A stretch of DNA of 26,238 nucleotides, from the NCBI GenBank assembly GCA_046293555.1, contig JBKBOT010000005.1, positions 12,559 through 38,796 of the forward strand, in the 5' to 3' direction. The DNA comes from Pyrobaculum sp. Lineage in GTDB: Archaea; Thermoproteota; Thermoprotei; Thermoproteales; Thermoproteaceae. Below the pieces are notes generated by a model. The model did not search any database, was not told the DNA's origin, and was given only the letters and a program-made list of their open reading frames with translations. The position numbers and the translations under genes are program-made. Below, piece after piece: positions 16,149-24,649 of the stretch (the stretch's first letter is position 1; each line of letters begins with the position of its first letter).

Positions 16149-16242
16149 GCCGTAGCCTGCGCTACTCCAGCCGGTAGTCTAGCCCGGTCAAGGATGCGGG
16201 CCTCTCGAGCCCGTGACCCGGGTTCAAATCCCGGCCGGGGCA
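16149..16242 (+). tRNA. tRNA-Glu(CTC) with a non-canonical 19-nt intron at position 3/4 (intron 16152-16170)
   Basis: Anticodon CTC 16204-16206 in CGGGC/GCCCG; T arm CCGGG-TTCAAAT-CCCGG. The 3' acceptor CCGGGGC needs GCCCCGG, obtained by joining GCC(16149-51) to CCGG(16171-74). BHB-like motif: GGAG/CTCC helix with bulges CCG and AGC. Confidence 0.9.
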
Positions 16243-16701
16243 CTTCCTACCAGCCTCAACCTCCAGGAGGGCGTAGTACTGCTCCTGGGAGATTGACATA
16301 TGTGGATTTCTTCTCTCTACCTCTCTCAAGGCCTCCTCGACGTCAAGACACCGTGTCGCAATCAGATAGGCAGCCAACACCGTGGGGGTCCTCCCGATAC
16401 CCCCCACGCAGTGTACCACCACCACGCCTCTAGCGGCCTCCTCTATGATTAACTCCACTAGCTGTAGTAAGCGTCTAGGCGGGTAGCCATCTGGGGTAGG
16501 CCAGTGTATCCACTTGATGCCTTTTTCTAACAACACGCCTTGAAACTGCAGTAGGCCCCACCCACCGTAGTGTTCCATCTCCCAGCTCTCTGCCAGAGTG
16601 ACCACAGTCCTAACCCCCAACCTGCTCCACAGCTCTATATGTTCTCTCTTGGGGAGACAGGAGCCGGCGAGCTTGGGCTCTATGAAGTAGGGACACTCCA
16701 T
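16162..16701 (-). CDS. Dual-specificity/protein-tyrosine phosphatase
   Basis: 'WPTPDGYPP' acid loop and 'VVHCVGGIGRT' CX5R P-loop. Confidence 0.92.
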   Translation of the reverse strand: MECPYFIEPKLAGSCLPKREHIELWSRLGVRTVVTLAESWEMEHYGGWGLLQFQGVLLEKGIKWIHWPTPDGYPPRRLLQLVELIIEEAARGVVVVHCVGGIGRTPTVLAAYLIATRCLDVEEALREVERRNPHMSISQEQYYALLEVEAGRKCPGRDLNPGHGLERPASLTGLDYRLE

Positions 16702-16705
16702 CTCG

Positions 16706-17926
16706 TCAGCCGAAAAACGTGGAGAAGCTACGTAACCCAGCTGCCTCTCCTAGAAGCAATATGCCTATAGAGATGGCAATAATGCCAACTATGTATTCCA
16801 TCCCCCTCCCCCACCTCGCCCACTTGATAGACTGAGTGGCCTTCCGGGTTCCACGTCTCATAAGGTGTACAACTAGGTATATCACCGCCGCGAGGCCTAG
16901 GGCGTATGTGAGCGTTGTGGCAAATACCGCAAAGGCGTTGCCGCTTAAGGCAGACAGCATTATGTTTGCCACCACCACTGTGCCTAATATTGGGGCGATA
17001 CATGGCATCCAGACGGCGCCAAGAGAGAGGCCTAGAGCCACGTCGCCAAAAACGCCCCCCCTGCCTCTTGCGGTCTTAAAGGCTGTCGACTGGAGGCGGG
17101 AGGCCCACATGGCGAAAGACCTGTTTAGCCGCTCTACTACAAGTAGAAGGCCCATGGCCACTAGCATCACCCCGCCGACGCCATATAGCGCAGTCCGCGT
17201 AACGCCGCCGGCCCACCCGGCAACAAAGGTGGTTATGGTAGCTAAAGCCGAAAATGAGGCAACCATGCCTGCCAGTATTGCGGCTATGTTACGCCTACCC
17301 AGGTAGGTAGTGGCGGCGATAGTCAACACGGGAATTACGCAAGGCGAAAAGGCGCTGAGGACACCTGCGGCGAAGGAGATGGCCAGTTGGTATATCTGAA
17401 GCTGCTGGAAGATGTCTGTCCCCACGGTTTTTGGCCCGGGGGTCTCCCCATAGGCGAGTTCTATAAATTTGACAAACTGTGTGGAGTCCACGGGGCCTAC
17501 TATCACAAGCCTGGCGTACATGTCGCCGTTTTTTACATGCCCCACCACCACCACCGGCGTGCCTGGTATGGGTAATGTGTGTCTCCCAGAGGTCTTTACC
17601 TCTCTAAGAGATCCATCATAATATACGTATATAGATCCATCTATATATACATCCAGGCTTGTTAATAAATACTTCTGTATGTCTATAGAGATGAGGTTAA
17701 CTCCAGAAAGTAGTTGCACCACTGTGGGGTCTGTATAGACGTTTGCCTCTAGGTACCTACACCCGGGGCAGTTGGGCTGGTGGAAATAGATAAACACGGG
17801 GCCGTCTCTCAACGCCTTTGTGAACTCCTCTCTTGTGGCCACATCTGTAAAAACCAAGTCGCCCTTCTCTATTACGCCGGCTATGACAACTAGCGCCATC
17901 ACTAACGCCAGAGCCAAGACGCGCAT
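16706..17926 (-). CDS. Thioredoxin-domain plus CcdA/DsbD-TM fusion (thiol reduction, cytochrome c biogenesis type)
   Basis: Signal peptide, 'FHQPNCPGC', 'GTP', then a TM domain with 'AGVLSAFSPCVIP' and 'WMPCIAPILG'. Confidence 0.88.
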   Translation of the reverse strand: MRVLALALVMALVVIAGVIEKGDLVFTDVATREEFTKALRDGPVFIYFHQPNCPGCRYLEANVYTDPTVVQLLSGVNLISIDIQKYLLTSLDVYIDGSIYVYYDGSLREVKTSGRHTLPIPGTPVVVVGHVKNGDMYARLVIVGPVDSTQFVKFIELAYGETPGPKTVGTDIFQQLQIYQLAISFAAGVLSAFSPCVIPVLTIAATTYLGRRNIAAILAGMVASFSALATITTFVAGWAGGVTRTALYGVGGVMLVAMGLLLVVERLNRSFAMWASRLQSTAFKTARGRGGVFGDVALGLSLGAVWMPCIAPILGTVVVANIMLSALSGNAFAVFATTLTYALGLAAVIYLVVHLMRRGTRKATQSIKWARWGRGMEYIVGIIAISIGILLLGEAAGLRSFSTFFG

Positions 17927-17998
17927 AGTGAATACGTGTTTTTACTATATAAACACAGCCGCCGTCTGGATATATTAACTAGACGTTATAGTGCCGTC

Positions 17999-19018
17999 GT
18001 GAGGGTGGTAATTCTCGGCGGCGGCATTGCGGCAGTATTCACAGCCCTCTTTCTAGAGGAGAGAGGATTTAGGGTGGTTAAAATTGGGGGGGAGGTGGCC
18101 TACCCGCTGGCCTCGCTTGTGTTAACCCACTCTATGCCAAATAGAGAAGATGTAGAGCTATCTATAGAGAGTCTTTCAATATATCGGAGGTTTGTAGAGC
18201 CCAGAGAGGTGACGTCTATAGACATCTTGCCAAGATGGGTAGATCTCTCGTCTCTCTCCGGCGTGAGGCATGAAGTTACAGAAAGGATAGAGGGGCTGCG
18301 GCTAAACGACGGCGAAATCGCAGTGATTACAAAAGATTACCTCATCCCCGTGAGAAAGGTGGTCAAGAGGCTGAGGAGAGAGCTTGGCTTTTTGAACGCC
18401 TACGGCCTCCTGAAGGTTAGAGATGGCAGAGCCCACGTGGTGGCAGATGGGGAGAGGGTAGAAGGCGACGTGGTGGTGCTAGCTGCGGGCTATAGAAACA
18501 AGCTCCTTGCCGAAAAGGCTGGCGTCACGATGCCGTTAATGCCCTATGAGTGTTATGCCGCCGTATGTATCGCAAGCCGTAACCTCTGGCGTTATAGCAT
18601 TGGAGATTATATACTCGGCTGGTACGGAAGGCCTGCAGTCCCGCCGCTTTATATAGCCGGAAATGGATGTGGCAAATTTGGCCAAGGCCCCCCGCCTCGA
18701 TACGGCGAGAAGATAGGCAACCTTATCTCCCAAAGGGGCGGCAAGGTCATCCCGCTATATGTAAAAACGGGGTACTGCGAGGTGGGGCCACATGGGGGCC
18801 CCCTATATGGCAGACACCCAGAAGTGGAAAACCTATATGTCATCGGCGGGCTAAACGGATATGGCGGCATGGTGGGGCCAGCGCTGGCGAGAAGGCTGGC
18901 CGACATAATTACAGACAGGGGGAGAGGCGGCGCTTTTAGAATTGAGAACATCCACATGACGGACTTCAACCCCTGTGGCGTCCAGGAGCGTCACGAGTGG
19001 CGGCCGTGGATGGGGTAG
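17999..19018 (+). CDS. FAD-dependent oxidoreductase (DAO/glycine-oxidase-like)
   Basis: 'RVVILGGGIA', 'VVLAAG', 'PLYGRHP...LYVIGGLNGYGGMVGPALA'. GTG 17999 chosen as start. Confidence 0.85.
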   Translation: MRVVILGGGIAAVFTALFLEERGFRVVKIGGEVAYPLASLVLTHSMPNREDVELSIESLSIYRRFVEPREVTSIDILPRWVDLSSLSGVRHEVTERIEGLRLNDGEIAVITKDYLIPVRKVVKRLRRELGFLNAYGLLKVRDGRAHVVADGERVEGDVVVLAAGYRNKLLAEKAGVTMPLMPYECYAAVCIASRNLWRYSIGDYILGWYGRPAVPPLYIAGNGCGKFGQGPPPRYGEKIGNLISQRGGKVIPLYVKTGYCEVGPHGGPLYGRHPEVENLYVIGGLNGYGGMVGPALARRLADIITDRGRGGAFRIENIHMTDFNPCGVQERHEWRPWMG

Positions 19019-19815
19019 CCTCCGCGCTGGCGGCCACGTTGGCTTTTTCCATAAATGCCCCCCTCGCCTATGCTGCCTCCAGGAGGGGAGTAACGCCCAC
19101 AACCCTCGTGGCTATTAGAAACATCGCCGCGTTGGCCATCTTGCTCCCACTGGCAGACTTCAAGATGCCTCCGGGCCTCCTGGCGTTAATTGTCTCCTCC
19201 GCCCTCCTTGGGCCCGGCTTGGGGGATTACGCCTACTTTAAGGCCATGTCGCACGGGGGGGTGCCTACAGCAGTTACGGTGGGGTATACCTACATATTTA
19301 CCGCATATTTCTTCTCCCTAGCCCTCGGCGTGGAGGTACTAAAAGCCCAAGCCCTGGCCGGCGCCCTATTGGCGTTTTTGGGTATATACATTGCGCTTGG
19401 GGGAAGGCCATGGGGGGCCGGCGTCTTGTATGGAGCTGTGGCCTCACTTAGCTGGGGACTTGCGTCAGCTATATTAGGCGTCGTTGCGAAAGACATCTCG
19501 CCGTTTACAATAGCGGCAGTAAGGGCTTTGGCTCTTGCGCCCCTGTTTTTAGCCTTGTCCAGCTTTAAGGCTGTGACAAAAACGGGCGTGTTTTACGCCA
19601 CGGCCTCCGGCCTCGTGGGTATGGCCTTTGGCTCTCTGGCATTTATCTACGCCATTGCCCACATTGGCGTTTCTGCCACTGTGGTCACCACAGCCTTTAC
19701 TCCCCTACTCACACAGATTTTCGACAAGGCGTTAAACAGCACTACAATAAATTTAAAACATGTGGCTGGGGCGTTGTTAGTAGGTTTGGGAGTTATGGCG
19801 GTGATGAGTAACTGA
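19006..19815 (+). CDS. EamA/DMT family transporter
   Basis: About 10 TM helices in two repeats ('LVAIRN', 'GDYAYFKAM', 'IAAVRA', 'FIYAIAHIG'). Start is 19006 or 18997. Confidence 0.88.
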   Translation: MDGVASALAATLAFSINAPLAYAASRRGVTPTTLVAIRNIAALAILLPLADFKMPPGLLALIVSSALLGPGLGDYAYFKAMSHGGVPTAVTVGYTYIFTAYFFSLALGVEVLKAQALAGALLAFLGIYIALGGRPWGAGVLYGAVASLSWGLASAILGVVAKDISPFTIAAVRALALAPLFLALSSFKAVTKTGVFYATASGLVGMAFGSLAFIYAIAHIGVSATVVTTAFTPLLTQIFDKALNSTTINLKHVAGALLVGLGVMAVMSN

Positions 19816-19851
19816 ACGCCAGATTTTTGAAGAGCTGACGACGGGCTGATC
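19799..19851 (+). ncRNA. C/D box guide sRNA (D guide antisense to 16S rRNA h34)
   Basis: C box GTGATGA (19801-07), GTAACTGAACGC, D' CAGA (19820-23), C' TTGAAGA (19827-33), GCTGACGACGGG, D box CTGA (19846-49). Two 12-nt guides. Confidence 0.9.
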
Positions 19852-20153
19852 TATTTCTTGAGCTCAGCCAGCTTTCTGTTTATCTCGTCTAGCAGTTCCT
19901 CTCTCGTCTTCCCCTCTGTGGAGATACCCAGAGATTTCGCCATCTCTACCAGTTTTTTGTCTATCTCTTCCTTCTTCTCCGTCTTTTCTGACCTACGTTC
20001 TTCCTCCACGCCGGCAGCCGCCTTTCTAAACTCTCTAAGGGCCTCCCCCATCCCCTTGGCGAGAGATGGCAGCTTAGAGGGGCCCCAGATCAGAATTATT
20101 ACAATGGCGATCAGTATTACAATCCATTCCTGCCCGCCTATGACTAAATACAT
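19851..20153 (-). CDS. tatA: Twin-arginine translocase subunit TatA
   Basis: 'IGGQEWIVILIAIVIILIWGPSKLPSLAKGMGEALREFRKA'. Confidence 0.93.
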   Translation of the reverse strand: MYLVIGGQEWIVILIAIVIILIWGPSKLPSLAKGMGEALREFRKAAAGVEEERRSEKTEKKEEIDKKLVEMAKSLGISTEGKTREELLDEINRKLAELKK

Positions 20154-20216
20154 GTACACAACTTTTGTGGAGCTATATAACGTTTTCCCCATAAAGATTT
20201 TAATAACTCACGAGTG

Positions 20217-21065
20217 ATGTCCGTGGAGGATAGGCCGCCGCGCGACAGAGAGATGCCTCTTTGGGAGCACTTGAGAGAGTTGGGAGAGAGGATGAAAAAA
20301 GTGGTCATCGCCTTCGTCGTCGTGTTTATAATAATGTGGATGCCGGCGCCAGAGGTAAAAGACGGCGGCGTACTCACGGTGCTTCAGTCTTTTTTCGTCA
20401 CAGGTGAGTACAAGCCATTTGCCTACTGGGCCTTCTACCAGACAATCCAGCCGATGGTAAACGAGCTCAACGGCACCGCCAGGATAAAAATCGCCCTGAT
20501 TGCAGGCGAGGTGTGGAACCCCCTAGCGGCTGTGATGTACGCCGCGGCCTATCTAACCGCACTTGTGGTTTTCCCCCTCTTTATTTACGAGCTGTGGCTA
20601 TATATACAGCCAGCCCTATACCCCCACGAGGAGAGGGCAGTAAGGAAATACCTGGGGCTTGCCCTCCTCCTGTTTTATTTCGGCAACTTCTTTGGGATTT
20701 ACGTCATCTACCCCGTCGTGTTTAAATTCATAGCTGGCCTCTCCAGGCTGATAGATGTGGAGCAGATTTTTAGCATAGCCTCTGTGGTCTCTACGTGGAT
20801 ACAGATGGCCTTTTGGACCGGCGTTATATTCCAGACGCCCGTAGTAGTGGCCATCTTGTCTGAAATATGTCTCCTCAACCCCTGGAGGCTGGCTGAGCAG
20901 AGGCCTCTAGTCTACGCGGCGGCGTTGATACTAATTGCGGTAATTACGCCAGACACCACTCTTGTCTCTACATTCCTCACCTTTATCCCCTTCGCCATAC
21001 TGTTCGAGTTGGGTCTAATCTGGAGCAGGAAAATTGTGAAGAAATGTCCCGAATTTCGTAGATAA
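20217..21065 (+). CDS. tatC: Twin-arginine translocase subunit TatC
   Basis: 'EMPLWEHLRELGER', 'YELWLYIQPALYPHE', 'GVIFQTPV', 'AVITPD', 'P..ILFE'. Confidence 0.94.
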   Translation: MSVEDRPPRDREMPLWEHLRELGERMKKVVIAFVVVFIIMWMPAPEVKDGGVLTVLQSFFVTGEYKPFAYWAFYQTIQPMVNELNGTARIKIALIAGEVWNPLAAVMYAAAYLTALVVFPLFIYELWLYIQPALYPHEERAVRKYLGLALLLFYFGNFFGIYVIYPVVFKFIAGLSRLIDVEQIFSIASVVSTWIQMAFWTGVIFQTPVVVAILSEICLLNPWRLAEQRPLVYAAALILIAVITPDTTLVSTFLTFIPFAILFELGLIWSRKIVKKCPEFRR

Positions 21066-21092
21066 GTTTTATATAGTTGGATTGTTTACGCC

Positions 21093-21458
21093 ATGAGCGT
21101 CGCCGGCATAAGGTTTGACTATATACACGCCGAGCGCCTTGGGCCACCTCCCCAGGGAGCCCAACTACAGATGAATATGCACATAATTATCGAGGGGGAG
21201 CGCTCTGTGAAAAGAGGCGGAATTACCGAGGTCCCCTTTACGGTAAGCATATCCTCCACGCCTAGTGTAGTCACTGTGACAATCAGGGGTGCCGCGGCGG
21301 TGCAGGGAGATGTAGATGTGAAAAACCTCCCGCCGCAAGTGGCCACGCCGATAATGCAGGCCGCGTTTTTTGAGGCAGCGTTAATAATGAGAGAGCTCGG
21401 CTTCCCGCCGCCGCTGCCAGTTCAGCCTCAGTCGCAACAGGCGCCTCACTACGCGTAA
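21093..21458 (+). CDS. Hypothetical protein with SecB-like pattern
   Basis: Four predicted beta strands, then two helices ending 'FEAALIMRELGFPPPLP'; own TATA (TTTTATATA at about 21067). Confidence 0.6.
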   Translation: MSVAGIRFDYIHAERLGPPPQGAQLQMNMHIIIEGERSVKRGGITEVPFTVSISSTPSVVTVTIRGAAAVQGDVDVKNLPPQVATPIMQAAFFEAALIMRELGFPPPLPVQPQSQQAPHYA

Positions 21459-22537
21459 TGTTTTTTCTCGTACTCACCTCCCGCGTGGTATACGCCCTAA
21501 TGTGGTTTTACGTCGCGCCAATGCTCCCACTTATGTTAAAAGACTTCCGGGTGTCTCCAGGAAACGCGGGCCTCCTCCCCGCCGTGTTTATCGCAGGGGC
21601 GGCTTTAACCCAAATACCGGCGGGGTACATGGGGGCGCGGGTTGGTCATAACAAAGCCGCAGGTCTGGGCATGGCGGTTTTCGGAAGCTCAGCCGTATTG
21701 ACGGGCTTGGCTGACAGCTGGGAGAAGACGCTCATCTTTAGGGCGCTGGGCGGCATTGGGGCTGGCCTCTTCTTCTCTACCGCCGGCGCCGTCCTTGTGA
21801 TTTTAAGGCCTAGAGACCCAGCCACGGCGCTGGGGTGGTATAACGCCACTTTTAACCTAGGCGCCTTTCTTGGCTACTACTGGGGATATATAGCTGGCGC
21901 AGTCGGATGGCGGCCAGCCACGGCGCTGCCGGGCATATTCGCCGTGGCGCTAGGCCTTGCCTTAACCCAGGGACCTTCTGTAAGAAGCCCCACGGCCTTT
22001 AGCTGGAGGGCCTTTAGGCTGGGGCTAGCCTCTTTCCCCTTCTGGGGCTCTGTCTACGCGGCCAACAGCCTCACGGCCACCTGGGCCCATCTATACAGAG
22101 GTGTGGGCGAGGAGGTTGCTGGCGCCATCTCCTCCACAGCTATGCTCTCAGGTCTTTTTGCCGGCATTGCGGGGAGGCTATATCGCTTTAAATACACAGT
22201 CCTCCTCGCCCCGCTGGCTGCCTCCGCCGTGTATCTAGCCATACCACATGTCCCCACCTACTTAATACCGCTGCCCGTGTTTATATACGGCCTCTCTTTC
22301 TCTATTTACATCACCGCGGTTTACACCACTGCCTCTAGACGGGCTGAAAACCCCGCCTCGGCTCTTGCGGTAATTAACGTCACAAACATGGCGCTCGGCA
22401 TGCATCTCAGCTATTTTTTCTCCTGGCTGATGGAAATATCGCCTACATACCCCTGGCTGTTTCTCTCCACGCTTGTCCTCACGTCTGCGTTAACCACATG
22501 TAGAGAAAATGCGGGTGGTGGTGGCTTTAGGGGGTAA
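21458..22537 (+). CDS. MFS transporter
   Basis: About 12 TM helices; 'QIPAGYMGARVGHNK' motif-A-like; 'FRALGGIGAG'; TAATG coupling to the upstream gene. Confidence 0.9.
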   Translation: MFFLVLTSRVVYALMWFYVAPMLPLMLKDFRVSPGNAGLLPAVFIAGAALTQIPAGYMGARVGHNKAAGLGMAVFGSSAVLTGLADSWEKTLIFRALGGIGAGLFFSTAGAVLVILRPRDPATALGWYNATFNLGAFLGYYWGYIAGAVGWRPATALPGIFAVALGLALTQGPSVRSPTAFSWRAFRLGLASFPFWGSVYAANSLTATWAHLYRGVGEEVAGAISSTAMLSGLFAGIAGRLYRFKYTVLLAPLAASAVYLAIPHVPTYLIPLPVFIYGLSFSIYITAVYTTASRRAENPASALAVINVTNMALGMHLSYFFSWLMEISPTYPWLFLSTLVLTSALTTCRENAGGGGFRG

Positions 22538-23399
22538 CGCCTTCAGTAGGCCTGGAGAGCCCTTTACGCAAGAGGCACATGTGAGAAACATAAGGCGGGC
22601 GGCAGAAGTGGTGGCGAGAATTGTGGAGGAGGGAAACAACGTGGTGGTGACACATGGAAACGGGCCGCAGGTGGGGTTTTTTGCAGAACTTCAGAAAGAT
22701 AGACAGGTCTTTATGCTAGACGCGCTGACTGCCGCCACGCAGGGGGTTTTAGGTTATTTCATAGCTTCCGCCATAGATAGCCTGCTGGGGCCCGGCAGAT
22801 CTGCCGCGGTGGTGACCCGAGTGGAGGTAGACTGCAGAGATCCGGCAGCCCCCACGAAGTTTGTGGGGCCTCTATACGCCAGGGAGGAGGCAGAGGCCCT
22901 CTCTGTAAAATACCGCTGGGAGTTTAGACAAGATCCGAGAGGCGGCTGGCGTAGAGTGGTCCCCTCGCCCACGCCGCTTAGGATAGTGGAGATAGAGGTG
23001 ATAAAAAAGTTGGTAGATAGCGGCTATGTGGTAGTAGCCGTGGGGGGCGGCGGCGTGCCTATATGCAACGGCGTGGGGGCAGAGGGCGTTGTAGATAAAG
23101 ACCTGGCGTCTGCACTCCTGGCGCTAGAGATAGGCGCCAGCCTCTTCATAATTCTCACAGATGTAGATGGCGTCTATATAAACTACGGCAAGCCCACCCA
23201 GATGAGGCTAGGTAGGGTAAGAGTGGGGGAGCTGGAGAGATATCACGCAGAGGGCCACTTCCCCCCTGGCTCCATGGGGCCAAAAGTACAGGCGGCGATC
23301 CAGTTCGTCAAGCTCTCTAAAAACCGCGCCGCCATAGGCTCAATTGGGGAGGGGTATCAGGTATATAGGGGAAACGCCGGCACTCAGGTATATCCCTAA
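22509..23399 (+). CDS. arcC: Carbamate kinase
   Basis: 'VVALGGNA', 'THGNGPQVG', 'PTKFVGP', 'WRRVVPSP', 'GGGGVP', 'VDKDLAS', 'GSMGPKVQAA'. Confidence 0.95.
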   Translation: MRVVVALGGNAFSRPGEPFTQEAHVRNIRRAAEVVARIVEEGNNVVVTHGNGPQVGFFAELQKDRQVFMLDALTAATQGVLGYFIASAIDSLLGPGRSAAVVTRVEVDCRDPAAPTKFVGPLYAREEAEALSVKYRWEFRQDPRGGWRRVVPSPTPLRIVEIEVIKKLVDSGYVVVAVGGGGVPICNGVGAEGVVDKDLASALLALEIGASLFIILTDVDGVYINYGKPTQMRLGRVRVGELERYHAEGHFPPGSMGPKVQAAIQFVKLSKNRAAIGSIGEGYQVYRGNAGTQVYP

Positions 23400-24649
23400 A
23401 GCTCGTCGATAGCCACCTCGTATTCCACCCGCCTCTCCAGATCTCTGATCTTAACAACCCCCCTCTCTAGCTCCTTTCTCCCAATTAGCGCCAGGTGTCT
23501 AGTGCCCAGCTTTAGGACATATTCAAAGACATCCTTTAGATTTCTCTCCTCTACTTCAATCGCCACGCTGTGTCCCCTGGCCCGTAGCCTCTCTGCCACC
23601 GCCACGGCCTTCTGGTAGGCGCTTTCGTCAAATATGTATATGTAATAATCCAGGGGCTTTTCTAAAGCCTGGAGCCCCACGGCTTCCATCAACCTCTCCA
23701 CCCCAATGGCGAAACCCAAGGCGGGGGTCTTCACGCCGCTATATATCTGCAACAAGTCGTCATACCGCCCCCCGCCCCCCACCGCTAGTTTATACCTGCC
23801 CGCAAAAGCCTCAAACACCACTCCAGTGTAGTAATCAAGCCCCCTCACCACGGAGAGGTCAAATGTTATCTTTTCTAGCGGGACAGCTGCCTCTAGGTAT
23901 CTCACGAGGCGGCTATAGAAGGCGGCTAGGCTTGGGTCCAGCTTTGCCATGAGATCTACAGCGTCTTGAAGCGGGGACTCTGTGGCCATGTCGTAAATCC
24001 TCTCTGCCTTCTCCGTCGGGACGCCGCCGTCAGTCATAATTTTCACCACCTCCCCTCTGGCAAGTTTTAGCTTTTTGTCCAGCGCCCTATATATCACATC
24101 TCTGTAAGGCTCCACCTCCAGCTCTCTGAGGAGTCTGTCTACTGCCCGCCTGTCGTTTAGCCTTATCACAAAGTCCCCAGCCCCCGCCGCCTTGAGGGCT
24201 TCAGACAGTAGGTATAACACCTCTGCATCTGCGCGGGGGCTAGAGGAGCCGATTAGCTCTACGCCAAATTGATAAAACTCTCTATACCGCCCATGTTGGG
24301 GCTCGTCATAGCGGAAGACCTTTGTGAAGTAGTACCACCTCACGGGCTTGGGGAGATCTAGGCTGTAAGACAGCACCCTGGCTATAGGCACGGTCATGTC
24401 AAACCTCAGCCCGAGCTCCCGGCCCGCCTTGTCTCTAAAGAAATATATCTCGTTTATCACCTCTCTCCCGGCTTTTTTCGCCAAGACGTCGAAATGCTCC
24501 ACCACGGGCGTCTCCACGGGCCTGTATCCAAAAGACTCCGCCACTTTACACAAGACGGCCTCCATATGTCTCAACGCGTAGAACTGCTGCGGCAGCCAGT
24601 CCCGCATCCCTCTTACAGGTCGCCTCAAGTGGTCCGGCAGGCTAGTCAT
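23396..24649 (-). CDS. hisS: Histidine--tRNA ligase
   Basis: 'RGMRD', 'LRFDMTVPIAR', 'FRYDEPQHGRYREFYQFGVE', 'RGLDYYTG', 'GGGRYD', 'GFAIGVERL'. Confidence 0.97.
   Translation of the reverse strand: MTSLPDHLRRPVRGMRDWLPQQFYALRHMEAVLCKVAESFGYRPVETPVVEHFDVLAKKAGREVINEIYFFRDKAGRELGLRFDMTVPIARVLSYSLDLPKPVRWYYFTKVFRYDEPQHGRYREFYQFGVELIGSSSPRADAEVLYLLSEALKAAGAGDFVIRLNDRRAVDRLLRELEVEPYRDVIYRALDKKLKLARGEVVKIMTDGGVPTEKAERIYDMATESPLQDAVDLMAKLDPSLAAFYSRLVRYLEAAVPLEKITFDLSVVRGLDYYTGVVFEAFAGRYKLAVGGGGRYDDLLQIYSGVKTPALGFAIGVERLMEAVGLQALEKPLDYYIYIFDESAYQKAVAVAERLRARGHSVAIEVEERNLKDVFEYVLKLGTRHLALIGRKELERGVVKIRDLERRVEYEVAIDEL

Noticed and set aside
16194-16433. Track ORF 79 aa (+)
   Set aside because: Starts inside tRNA-Glu and is antisense to the phosphatase.
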